Positions 1-11,204 of a stretch of 64,000 nucleotides of DNA are shown here, piece by piece (within the stretch, counting starts at the first letter, position 1; the number at the start of each line of letters is the position of its first letter). The position numbers and the translations under genes are program-made. Source of the DNA: Macrostomum lignano (taxonomy: Eukaryota); NCBI GenBank assembly GCA_002269645.1, contig NIVC01000255.1, forward strand, positions 496,001 through 560,000, written 5' to 3'. Below the pieces are notes generated by a model that was not told the origin of the DNA, did not search any database, and saw only the letters and a program-made list of their open reading frames with translations.

Positions 1-269
1 TGCGTGTAACAAATTTTAGAAAAAGTTGTTAAATTCATCGCGACAGTTTGTTACGAGTTTTTTTATTACTATACGAGGGTACAGATTGGAATGCTTCAAT
101 GCTTCAAATTGAAAAACCCAACGGCATGTTTTAGACTTATTTTTGTTATAAAGGTAAGAAACGATAAATATATGTATGTAGTAGTGGGACTATCACTGTT
201 GACATTTTTAAATTTCGTGAAAATTTTGCACGACGTACATTTCCGTGTCCCTTTTCCTGGTTTGACATC

Positions 270-752
270 TTGGAGGACCTGTCGCCGGGGCTTTCCCTTC
301 CCAGCTTGCACTCTGGGACTTCGCTACAAGAATTCCGTGCTACTCCGCCTGGTTTCCGGAACCCCGAGTGTGCATCCCCCTTCTGCATCAAGCATTTAAT
401 CATTTTTGTTATTTTGTTTATTCCGCTCTTGGGACTACTGTACGTCCCACTAAAGGATTACCCACTTCCCATACTTCGAATTTGCTTAGCGGAAGAGATG
501 GAGAGGCCAGAGAGAGAGGGAGGAGAAGTAGCGATCGATAATAGTAACGGAACTGAACAGGGGAAGAGAGAAGGCGCGCATGCGGGCCGCATCGAAAATG
601 GGGATACGCTAGACAAAGAGAGTAATAAAACTATTTGGGTATACAACACACGCAGCCGCACTAGGCCACCCGTCAGATACCAGTGTTATCTAAAAAAAGC
701 AACCTACTATATGGAATTTGTTAGAAAACCTAAACTTATAGCAATCCAATAA
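270..752 (+). CDS. Unknown ORF with one hydrophobic segment and a basic tail; possibly the 3' coding end of an upstream retroelement
   Basis: Hydrophobic run HLIIFVILFIPLLGLLYV, then an acidic linker and YNTRSRTRPPVRY, which resembles the basic tail motif at the end of many gypsy Pol proteins. The start is uncertain. Confidence 0.3.
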   Translation: MEDLSPGLSLPSLHSGTSLQEFRATPPGFRNPECASPFCIKHLIIFVILFIPLLGLLYVPLKDYPLPILRICLAEEMERPEREGGEVAIDNSNGTEQGKREGAHAGRIENGDTLDKESNKTIWVYNTRSRTRPPVRYQCYLKKATYYMEFVRKPKLIAIQ

Positions 753-861
753 GAATGCAGTTGCAGTTTATTGCGCAACGGCCAGAAAAATTACGAATAA
801 TTCTCGTAAATTAAAACAAGTCAGTTTGTTTGAAATAACTCACAGTGGGGGGGGGCAAAAC

Positions 862-869
862 TATATAAA
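862..869 (+). promoter_or_regulatory. TATA box upstream of the orphan ORF at 938
   Basis: TATATAAA right after a G10 run, ~70 nt before ATG 938 (ACAATGG context). Confidence 0.4.
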
Positions 870-937
870 TAAGACACTTGAGACAGGAACGAGGCAAGAG
901 AGAATTTAGAAGCTAGAATTAAGGAACAAATTTTACA

Positions 938-1866
938 ATGGACGAGATAGAATTATTCGCTGATTTTGAAGATCTATTAATCCAATTTACGTTACCAAGC
1001 CCAGGAGAAGCGGTGAACGCCCCAAGTATAGGAAACTCAGGAGAGGCGGTGAACGCCCAAGAACCCAAGAAAGAGCCGAGAGAAATGAGAGCCAAGCAAA
1101 AGGAAGAGGCGCAATCTAATAGCAATCAAACCGGCAGCCAGATCTGCACCGGTGCCGCATGAGCTGGGCGCTCGTGCCGCCTTATTGCAAGCACAGGCTA
1201 CCAAACCGGTGGTTGTGGAATCAACCATGATGAAGCGCCAGCCTGAGGTCGCAACGGCCACACAGTACATCGCTGCCAAGCGTCCCCAGACGATAGCGCC
1301 CAAGAAAGGCCGGGTCAACGTTGCATTAGCTACGGCCACCGTCAACATCACGACAGCACCCGCGGCAATCGTCGACATCACGGCAGCCGCCGTTGTAGGC
1401 AAGTGCAAACCGACGGGGTTTACACCCCGAGGACGACCGAGTTCCGACCGATCTGCGCCTTGAGCTTCGAGATAGGCGAACTGCCCCGCAGCATCCCCAG
1501 ATGATGCCGGGAGCCAATTTTTCGGCCGTGCTAGACACCGTCCCGCAGTCGCGACAGGACTACTTCAAGAGTTGTATAGGACAGTTGAAAGGCTATCTAG
1601 TGAGAGTGGCGCAACTACGGGTAGATGGCCGAGGCTTCCTACCTCAAGCTGAAGAGCCGCGAGAGCTCATCAAGACGATGAAACTGAGCTTCAACTACGA
1701 GCAATGCATTGCTGCTTGGCGCCGAGCGGTCTGTACGCGCTGCAGACGATTCACCAGTCGGGCTGGGCGTACTACCAGGCACAAGTCCGACACGAAGTGT
1801 GTTGGATGCAGGCTACAGACCTTGGCTGGCCAGGGGCAGACCATCTTCCGACAGAATTCGCTATGA
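938..1866 (+). pseudogene. Orphan gene (~300 aa) apparently split by two frameshifts
   Basis: Three consecutive ORFs (938-1162, 1152-1463, 1501-1866), each shifted +1. Low-complexity Ala/Thr/Pro N-half, helical and Cys-containing C-half (CTRC...CVGC), followed by AT-rich sequence. Confidence 0.4.
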
Positions 1867-1926
1867 ATTAGAAAAATAATTAACGTCGCATTTATAAATA
1901 CTGATTAAATAAGACTCTTATATATA

Positions 1927-1930
1927 CTCG
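1927..1930 (+). repeat. 4-bp target-site duplication CTCG (left; right copy 22596-22599)
   Basis: tatata-CTCG-TGTGG at the left end; TAACA-CTCG-tgac at the right end. Confidence 0.9.
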
Positions 1931-3258
1931 TGTGGTGATCCAGCATAGCTAGCATAGGCTGCTCCTGGGATCCCCCCTTAGTCAGTTAGTGCTTGGGCTG
2001 CAGCAGTGGGAGCTGGGCATAGGGCTGTCCCTTCCCCTTCTTCCTTGTGCAGGCTCAGGTGTGCAGCTGTCGCGGGACAGGGAGAGAAATCTCTCCCCCT
2101 CTCCCCCTGGCGCAGTCTGCAATGGGCTAAAAATAGAAACATTAGTCAGTGGGATATTTCTCCCTTAGTACAGGCTTATTTAGTCAGCGGGAGTGAGAGC
2201 ATAGCTCTCCGCCCGGGGTAGGATCTCGTGGGGTCTTGGTTGCACTCCTTGCATGCGGCAACATGCAAGCAGTGTACCAGCAGGCCATGCGGAGGCTGCA
2301 TGATGAGGCAGATGTCTTATGGACATCTCCAAGATCGCTCCTGGCTCCGGGTAGTCCACGGAACTGCCATGGGATCTGCCACGGAACTGCCTCTGAGCTT
2401 CCCATTGGCCCTGAGACCCCCGAAATTTAGTATAAATACAGAATAGGTGAAGGCCCAAAGAGACCATCCTCTCGGAGACCGCCTGCTTGGCTTCGAGCAA
2501 AGGCTAGTATTCCTAGATGCTTTTCCTAGACGAACTAGCTTAGGCAGATCGCTAGACGTTTTTCCTAGGGATAACCTGCTAACAAATCCTTGTTGCAGCT
2601 GCCATTTGCTCATTAAGACTGCCGCAGGTCCTTGTGTCAGCAGCTCACCAGACCTTCAACACCGTCTGGACCTGGTCTCGTGGCCTACAACCTACACTGC
2701 TGGGCAACATCAACTGACGCACAGTACAGCTTAGGGCGTTTACTGCGACACCAGTTGAGCTACTAAACGATATTTTAGGATCGGCCTGTGACCGTTACTC
2801 ACATTAATAAACGATTAACTGACTTGTTTGTCTTATTTATTTTCTACTTATCAGTAGGCCTACCTAGGGGTAACCTGTCGAGGATATCACCGGTAGACCT
2901 ACAAGGTGGCAGCAACCCAACTACCAATACTCGGTTATTATCTAACTGTACTCAGTGGAGACTAAGAGGGGTTAATTCGGACCATAGTGCTAGACCACTC
3001 AGGCCAGCTACCGGCCGTGCTAGATAGCGAGGACAGACAGAGGAAGTAGTAGGCAACAACAGTAATCACCAAAGAGACGGGGATCCACAAGGCCATTACA
3101 TTGGTTACATTGGTGGGATCCGGCACCAGCATTACATTGGTGGCAGCGGAGAGCAAAAGGCACAGCCATTACACTGGTGGCAGCGGTGGGATATCAAGAC
3201 CTACCCGACCACCCAGGGAAATCCTTGTTCTATCTCGGGCGAAAGCCACGGCATAACA
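1931..3258 (+). repeat. LTR1 (1328 bp)
   Basis: TGTGGTGATC...GCATAACA; TATAAATA at 2431-2438; followed by PBS. Confidence 0.95.
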
Positions 3259-3259
3259 C

Positions 3260-3277
3260 TGGTGGCAGCGGTGGGAT
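3260..3277 (+). promoter_or_regulatory. Primer-binding site complementary to tRNA-Leu (also 11122-11139, 18986-19003)
   Basis: TGGTGGCAGCGGTGGGAT is the reverse complement of the 3' 18 nt of metazoan tRNA-Leu(AAG/TAG) (ATCCCACCGCTGCCA+CCA); it lies 1 nt after the LTR end. Confidence 0.88.
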
Positions 3278-3342
3278 CCGGTAAAACGACCACGTCAATC
3301 CTTCGTCCACCTACGTCTTAGTCTCACTTAGTAATCATAGCA

Positions 3343-4308
3343 ATGTCTATTGCCAGCAGTCGTGCTTCAATGGCACCACCTGATGATGGTGCTGGAGCCG
3401 GAGCTGAGGCACCGGTACTAGGCGAACGTCTCGATCGTCTCGCCGATGCACTGGAGCGCCAGCTTGGTATAGGCCAAGTCAGGCAGCATGTCAAGATGGC
3501 TAAATACACGCCGTCCCAAGACATCCGCACGTGGATCAAAGCCTTCGATCTTCGCTGCGATACCGAAGACATTCGTGCCTGCCACAGGAAGGCGGAGTTG
3601 CTCGCCAACCTTGACGTGCACACGGCGTATGCTTTGGTCCTGCGCCTGAACTTGCCAGACCATCTTGAGTACGAAGTGTTTAAGGAAGCGCTGATTGAGA
3701 GATTCTCAAAGAGAGGCGGCTCGCAGGAATTCCGAGAAGATTTCCGCTGCCGAACTCAGCGCAAGAACGAGGACATTGACGAGTTTGCAGATGCTCTCCG
3801 CGAACTCGGAGAACTCGCTTATCCTTATCTCTTGCCAGCTCAGCTCGAATCAGAACTTGTTGATCAGTTCCTGAAAGGTGTCAGAACTACAATTGAGGCG
3901 AGAGAACGGCTGTACTGGGGTCGTCCAGAGACTCTACAGGACGCCAAGTTCGCCTTCAAGCGCATTGAGACAGCGCGTGAGCTTGCTGCCCGCAGCAAAG
4001 ACGCACCCTGTCGCAGCCTTGGTGGGGACAAAGCTACGGTTCCCCGACAGGACGATGAGCTTAAGAATCTAATCAGGCATCAGAATGAGGTTCTGCAGCA
4101 GCAGCAGCAGATGCTTGAGCAGCTTCTCAAGCAGACGCCAGCCGCACCTGTCAGAGATAGGCTGCAAGGCATTGTGTGCCACGAGTGCGGTAAACCAGGC
4201 CACAAGAGGCCTGACTGTCCTAAGCTCAAGGCTCAGAAGCCGGGAAACGTCCGGGCGGGGGTTGCCAACCAGGACCCTCTCCAGGGCCAACCCCCGAAGT
4301 CGCACTAA
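3343..4308 (+). CDS. gag: Gag, copy 1 (321 aa)
   Basis: Gypsy capsid-like region and CCHC knuckle CHECGKPGHKRPDC; intact ORF. Confidence 0.92.
   Translation: MSIASSRASMAPPDDGAGAGAEAPVLGERLDRLADALERQLGIGQVRQHVKMAKYTPSQDIRTWIKAFDLRCDTEDIRACHRKAELLANLDVHTAYALVLRLNLPDHLEYEVFKEALIERFSKRGGSQEFREDFRCRTQRKNEDIDEFADALRELGELAYPYLLPAQLESELVDQFLKGVRTTIEARERLYWGRPETLQDAKFAFKRIETARELAARSKDAPCRSLGGDKATVPRQDDELKNLIRHQNEVLQQQQQMLEQLLKQTPAAPVRDRLQGIVCHECGKPGHKRPDCPKLKAQKPGNVRAGVANQDPLQGQPPKSH
4242..4295 (+). promoter_or_regulatory. -1 ribosomal frameshift signal (G GGA AAC + hairpin)
   Basis: Heptamer 4242-4248 is in the correct gag phase; 8-nt spacer; stem GGGGGTTG (4257-4264)/CAACCCCC (4288-4295); pol lies in the -1 frame. 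Confidence 0.8.
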
Positions 4309-7300
4309 AGCAGTCTGGAGAGTCTGGCGATACCGTAGACTCTTCCTTTGTAAATAATGTATATAACTCTGGTGCTGATCCTTATGTAACTGCGCTTATT
4401 TTCGGCCAACAGGTTCCCTTGCTTCTCGACAGCGGGAGCAGACTGAACCTGATGGGCCTTTCTACTTGGCGATTGTTATCGCGCAATACTGCACATGCAT
4501 GCGTAGTTACACCTACTTATTCCGATCGTATTCTAACCTATGATGGTTCTGAATTACAGCTAACCGGTAAGGTTATGCTTGATGTTGTCTTCGGAGATTT
4601 CTCAGCTGAAGCTGAATTCTACATTGTAAGCGGCGATCAGGAGAATCTCCTAGGCATTGATTTTATGAGGAAGCACTGTCGGACCTTGGAGTTCCAGACA
4701 GGAATGCTTACCCTCACTACTGGTACTTGTGTACCCGTGCGCTATACGCGCCGTGAGCCAACCTCGTGCAGAGTCTATGTTGCCGGAAAACATCAGATTC
4801 CTGCTCGAAGTTCTGGCCTCATTTCTGTGCAACTGGCACGTGGCAAAAATCGAATTATGGAGTGCCAGCAGTGGTTGAACCACTCAGATCTGGACTCCGC
4901 GCTGGGCTTTCCCAGGTCCGCGCCTCTGCTGCATTGGTAACGATGCATGAAGGCAAAGGCTGCATGGAAGTCGTTAATCCTAACAACTTTCCAGTTAATA
5001 TAGCCAAAGGAGCCTTGGTGGGCCTTGCCACACCGCTCCGGACGCAAGACCTCGAGTACTATCCAGAACTGAAAGCAACACCTGTGCGTAAGTTGCACCT
5101 AGACGATAACATCAATTCAGCCAGTGACGATTGGATCAATGAGATAGAGATAGGCGATTCGATCACGGAGGACCAGAAGTCCCAGGTTCGAGAGCTGATC
5201 AGAGAGTCACGTAATGCGTTCTCCACGCACACTCTTGATCACGGTCTGACTCACCTGGTGACCCATCAGATTGTCATGCGAGACGAGACTCCAGTTAGGA
5301 TTCCAGCTCGCAGGGTCCCCCCCGCACCTGCAAGATCAGGTCAATCAGCTGCTAGATGAGATGCTAGAGAAGGGCGTGATCAGGCCATCTTATTCAAGCT
5401 ACAGCTCTCCTATCTTAGTAGTACCTAAGAAGGATAAATCAGTCCGCATAGTCCACGACTATCGCGAGCTGAATGAGAGATGCAAATATCGTCCATATCC
5501 GTTGCCATCTATCCAGGAGACGTTTGCATGTCTCCGTGGATCTCAATGGTTCAGCAGCTTGGATCTTGCTCAAGGGTTCTATCAGATCCCGTTGCGTGAA
5601 GAGGATCGTTTTCGCACAGCCTTCTCAGTGATCAATCGAGGTCAGTTCGAGTTCAACGTCTTGCCTATGGGACTTCGCGATAGCCCCGGAGCCTTCCAGC
5701 GATGCATCAATATGCTGCTAGACGGTATCACTAAGTTCGCCTTAGGATACATGGATGACATTGTCATTCATAGTATTGCCTTCGAGGAGCACCTCGAACA
5801 TCTTCGCGAAATGTTCAGGCGGCTCATTGAAGCCAATCTTAAGCTAAAGCCACGCAAATGCCATCTGTTTAAGACAGAGTTGCACTATCTCGGACATGTA
5901 GTCGACAGACGAGGCATTAGGACTAATGAAGACAAGGTACAGCAGATACTAGACTGGCCGCGTCCTCAGACAGTCAAGCAGCTGCAGAGCTTTCTAGGTC
6001 TCTGTAACTACTATGCCAAATTCGTCAAGAATTACGCCGAAATTGCTGCCCCGTTGCATCAATTGACTCGGAAGAACCTTGTTGGGTTCAAGGGCTCTGG
6101 ACAGAGCAACACTCGAAAGCTTTCGATGAGCTCAAGAAGAAGCTGTGCTCTACTGAGGTCCTCGCGTACCCAGAGTACAACACAGACCCAGACACAGTCT
6201 TCGTCCTGGATTGTGATGCCTCCGGTTTCCGAATCGGCGCCTGTTTAGGCCAGCGCCAATCCGATGGTGCGGAGCGGCCTGTTGCCTATTTTAGTCGGAA
6301 ATTGCGCGAGCCTGAAACGAGGTACAACAACACCAAGCGGAGCTTTTGGCCGTTGTTGACTCGATGAGGCACTTTCGTTACTACTTAATCGGCAAGAGAT
6401 TTGAGGTTAGAACAGACCACAGGGCTCTTCTTTGGCTCATTCGCCAGACTGAAGCCGAAGAGATCTTGGGTCGTTGGGTTGAACGGCTAAGTGAATTCGA
6501 CTTTGCTGTCATTCATCGGAAGGGAAGTTTGCACCAGAACGCAGACAGCTTATCAAGAAAGCCGGACGGTCCGGAGTTCGATGACTGTCGTCCTGGAGCA
6601 CGGACACCCAACCAGACAGACAATGAGGCCACTGTACCCTCAGCCCTCCGATTAGTCGAAGACACCAGCCAAGTAACTTCCAGCAGTTCTGCCTCGCAGG
6701 AATCTCGTATTGCCGTCGCCGGCTCATCATGTTGTCCCTCAGTGGACCGATGTCCGACACCCGTTATTGCGGCCGTTTCTGCCGACTCAACATGTTGTTC
6801 CTCAGTGAACCGTTGTTCGGCGGAGCGTCCGAGGCTGTCTGCCAGGCTGATGCGACATGTTGTCCCTCAGTGGACCGCCGCTCGGAATGGGCAGCCAAGG
6901 TTGCTGGTTTAGCTGTGGACTTTGCCCCAGTTGGACGCCACACTACCGCACCTACGGCCATAGAAGCTGTTCGCCCTCGTGTCTCAGGTGACCTGACCGC
7001 AGAGATCCAGACCGACGACGCAGCAAGGCCATTATCTGCTTCAATAACGGAATCAGCGAACCGTAGCGTTAGTGAGGATGTTCCTCCACGCTGTCGTGTT
7101 CTGCTTAGTGATTTTCTGTCCGAACCTCTGAAGCGAGACCAACTGCTCCTCGAGCAGCAGAAGGACCCGGACATTGAGTTCGTCAGAAATCTTTTAGCGA
7201 CTAGTTCGCCCAAGCCGTCCTTTGACGCCCGACTACGTCTTAGTAGGGATACGCGCAACCTACTAGGCTACTTTGAGATGTTGCGGCTAGTAGACAACCT

Positions 7301-8777
7301 GCTCGTCTACGATGAAGACATAGCAGACCGTCCACCGCGCATTGTGCTGCCGAAGAGTCTAGATGACCAGGTGTTCAAAGAGCTCCATGATGCTCCCTTG
7401 AGTGGACACCTTGGCGAAACTAAGACCTATCTTCGGGTTAGACAAAGGTTTTGGAGGCCGTCTTTGAGCAAAGCGGTTAAGGCCTACGTGGCCCGATGTC
7501 GAGTCTGCCTGGAGAGCAAGACTCGCCGTCGCGAAGCTGTGCCCGTGCAGAGCTTCCCAGTCTGTGAAGTAATGGGACGGCTACACTGCGACGTTGTCGG
7601 CCCAATCTCGCAGCCTTCGCGAGCTGGCCACCGCTATATTCTGACTCTGTGCGATGCTACTTCAAAATACCCTTTTGCGTTCCCTATGCGGAACCAGAAA
7701 ACCAAGACCGTAGTCAAGATTCTTCAGGAGAGATTGTTTCCGGAGTATGGTGTACCAGCGTGGCTGCACACCGACCAAGGAACGAATTTCACTGGAAAGG
7801 ACTTTAAGAAGTTTTGTGAGCTGTACGGCATTAGGCACACGACCACAACGCCTTATAATCCTAGTTCGAATGGCCAGGTGGAAAATCTCAACAAGACAAT
7901 CAAGAGTGTACTCACGTGCTTGCTGGAGAAGAATCACCAGGATTGGGACACCTTCCTCCCAGCATGCATGATCGCTCTGCGATCTAGCGTTCACCTGGTA
8001 ACAGGGTTTACGCCCTACTTCTTGGTCTTTGGAAGAGAATACCGGATGCCCATTGATAATGAGCTTCGGGTCCCACCTGAATATCCGGACTTGCCAACGT
8101 ACGTCCAAGACTTCCAGAAGAGACTAGAGGAGGCTAATAAATTAGCCCAGGACCGTGTGAAGCTGCATCAAGAACTTCGCGATGAACATTATGAGAATCG
8201 CCCGAAGGCCAAGCAGCTCTCACCGGGTGACCTAGTCTTCCTGAACAATCCAGTCTTAGATCAGTCTTGGGAAGCGCAGAAATTTCACAGACCGCGCAAG
8301 GCTGTGTATGAAGTAGTAGAGCGCAAAGGAGAAGTTGTCTACAAGATCAGACCTCGCCTCCGGAATCCTAGGGCTCGTCGAGAGGAGTTGGTGGTGCACC
8401 GTCGCAATATGCTACCGGTTCCGCAAGCTGACTATCCAGAGCCGGCTGGCCGGGCAGCTGAGCACCGTGCTGGGCCGCCGCATAAGCGTCGCGTTGCCCT
8501 AGAAACCACTGCCTCTCAGAATACCGGCGAAGCCGCCGACGACGTTGACGAGCTCGATGACGATGATGACGACTGGGCCCCGCGCTACTTTCTGCGTCCG
8601 GCCGCAGCATTAGCAGCGATCCCAGAAGTCGCCGAACCTGAAATGAATGAGGATGGGGAAGCTGTTCATGAGCAACCTGAAGCACACAGGGAAATAGAAC
8701 AGCCCGAAGCGGTGCCCCGGACCCTCAGCCTGTCGCTGAGCGCCCACAGAGAGACCGCCGAGCCCCGGAGAGACTAA
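4242..8777 (+). pseudogene. pol: Pol (PR-RT-RNase H-integrase), copy 1, broken by single-base frameshifts
   Basis: LLDSGS protease, YMDD RT, VLDCDAS RNase H, H-x6-H...C-x2-C and D-D-E integrase (LHCDVVG, HTDQG, VENLNK). Confidence 0.93.
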
Positions 8778-9605
8778 TGCTAAATCCTAAAGCTAAATCC
8801 TATGTCTCTCGAATCAAGGATACCTTTGTCTCTACAATAAGGCACTATCTTCCGCATTCCAGCCTCATCATGAGCGATTCGGACATGCCTCTTGAGCAGC
8901 AGCTGTCGCTGTCTGCCTCGGACGAGTCATTTGACCCGAAGGACGTGTCGTCACCGCGCCCCGATGCGGGACGTGTAACGACGAAACCAGCGCCAGTGCC
9001 ATCGGGCCCACAGGTCGTGGCTCCCGTCGGGATAGTGAGAAGGGCGCTGCTTCAGGTCGACACGAACATACAGGCCGCAGCCGGACCTCAGACAGAGCCG
9101 GCGCAGCGAAGGACGGCCTTGCTGGACCGTCCCCCGTCTAGGGGACGAGGCCGGACGATCTCGGGCACCTCAAGGAGCCGCTCGGGCAGCGCGCAGCCAA
9201 TTGGCGGTCCACAGAGCATCTTTCAGTTCAGGAACGGCTGGGAAAGCACAGCGCCCCCCCCCGCGGGAGGCAGTGCCGACTCACGGCGGAACAGCCTGCC
9301 AGGCGCAGACAAACAAGCCACTAGAGAACATGCTTGTCTCCGTGTTGCTGAAGGCCGCCTACACCGGGGACATAACAGCTTGGCCCACGCCCCAGGTAGT
9401 AGCCTTAAAGGCCAAGACGGAGACAAAACGTCAGGCATTGATCAACAAAGCCTTCTGCCGGACTCGTACTCTTCTGTTGCCGTACCGGCACCACGCGGTT
9501 GCCCTAGAAGCTGCGGTACGTCGGGCTGCCCAAGACCTCGGCCGCATGGCGGTTCTCTCACCAGAGGCCTTGGCGCTGCTGAACACGGCGAAACCGGCTC
9601 ACTAA
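8777..9605 (+). CDS. Post-integrase ORF3 / Pol C-terminal extension, copy 1 (one frameshift near 9255)
   Basis: Equivalent to the open 276-aa frame in copy 2; second ATG at 8870. Confidence 0.7.
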
Positions 9606-9780
9606 TTCGGCAAGCGAGAACGACATTCTATGGCAGGCCTACGGCCTCGCCAGGTGTATTGGCGTAATGCCTTTCAACGACTATATCGATTACTTGTGCA
9701 TTGGCCTATGGCCTTTCTTTAATAAATACATTGACTTACCTTATTTGATGAAGAACCTCCTGGTGTCGCTTCTTCTTTTT

Positions 9781-9793
9781 CAGGTGGGGTGGG
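9781..9793 (+). promoter_or_regulatory. Polypurine tract (also 17645-17657)
   Basis: CAGGTGGGGTGGG immediately before the TG of the downstream LTR. Confidence 0.75.
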
Positions 9794-11120
9794 TGTGGTG
9801 ATCCAGCATAGCTAGCATAGGCTGCTCCTGGGATCCCCCTTAGTCAGTTAGTGCTTGGGCTGCAGCAGTGGGAGCTGGGCATAGGGCTGTCCCTTCCCCT
9901 TCTTCCTTGTGCAGGCTCAGGTGTGCAGCTGTCGCGGGACAGGGAGAGAAATCTCTCCCCCTCTCCCCCTGGCGCAGTCTGCAATGGGCTAAAAATAGAA
10001 ACATTAGTCAGTGGGATATTTCTCCCTTAGTACAGGCTTATTTAGTCAGCGGGAGTGAGAGCATAGCTCTCCGCCCGGGGTAGGATCTCGTGGGGTCTTG
10101 GTTGCACTCCTTGCATGCGGCAACATGCAAGCAGTGTACCAGCAGGCCATGCGGAGGCTGCATGATGAGGCAGATGTCTTATGGACATCTCCAAGATCGC
10201 TCCTGGCTCCGGGTAGTCCACGGAACTGCCATGGGATCTGCCACGGAACTGCCTCTGAGCTTCCCATTGGCCCTGAGACCCCCGAAATTTAGTATAAATA
10301 CAGAATAGGTGAAGGCCCAAAGAGACCATCCTCTCGGAGACCGCCTGCTTGGCTTCGAGCAAAGGCTAGTATTCCTAGATGCTTTTCCTAGACGAACTAG
10401 CTTAGGCAGATCGCTAGACGTTTTTCCTAGGGATAACCTGCTAACAAATCCTTGTTGCAGCTGCCATTTGCTCATTAAGACTGCCGCAGGTCCTTGTGTC
10501 AGCAGCTCACCAGACCTTCAACACCGTCTGGACCTGGTCTCGTGGCCTACAACCTACACTGCTGGGCAACATCAACTGACGCACAGTACAGCTTAGGGCG
10601 TTTACTGCGACACCAGTTGAGCTACTAAACGATATTTTAGGATCGGCCTGTGACCGTTACTCACATTAATAAACGATTAACTGACTTGTTTGTCTTATTT
10701 ATTTTCTACTTATCAGTAGGCCTACCTAGGGGTAACCTGTCGAGGATATCACCGGTAGACCTACAAGGTGGCAGCAACCCAACTACCAATACTCGGTTAT
10801 TATCTAACTGTACTCAGTGGAGACTAAGAGGGGTTAATTCGGACCATAGTGCTAGACCACTCAGGCCAGCTACCGGCCGTGCTAGATAGCGAGGACAGAC
10901 AGAGGAAGTAGTAGGCAACAACAGTAATCACCAAAGAGACGGGGATCCACAAGGCCATTACATTGGTTACATTGGTGGGATCCGGCACCAGCATTACATT
11001 GGTGGCAGCGGAGAGCAAAAGGCACAGCCATTACACTGGTGGCAGCGGTGGGATATCAAGACCTACCCGACCACCCAGGGAAATCCTTGTTCTATCTCGG
11101 GCGAAAGCCACGGCATAACA
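9794..11120 (+). repeat. LTR2 (1327 bp, shared between units 1 and 2)
   Basis: Same as LTR1 except C5 vs C6 near the start; PPT before it, PBS after it. Confidence 0.95.
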
Positions 11121-11204
11121 CTGGTGGCAGCGGTGGGATCCGGTAAAACGACCACGTCAATCCTTCGTCCACCTACGTCTTAGTCTCACTTAGTAATCAT
11201 AGCA

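Noticed and set aside
2006-3156. Short ORFs repeated in each LTR
   Set aside because: They overlap on both strands, often use non-ATG starts, and recur only because the LTR is repeated.
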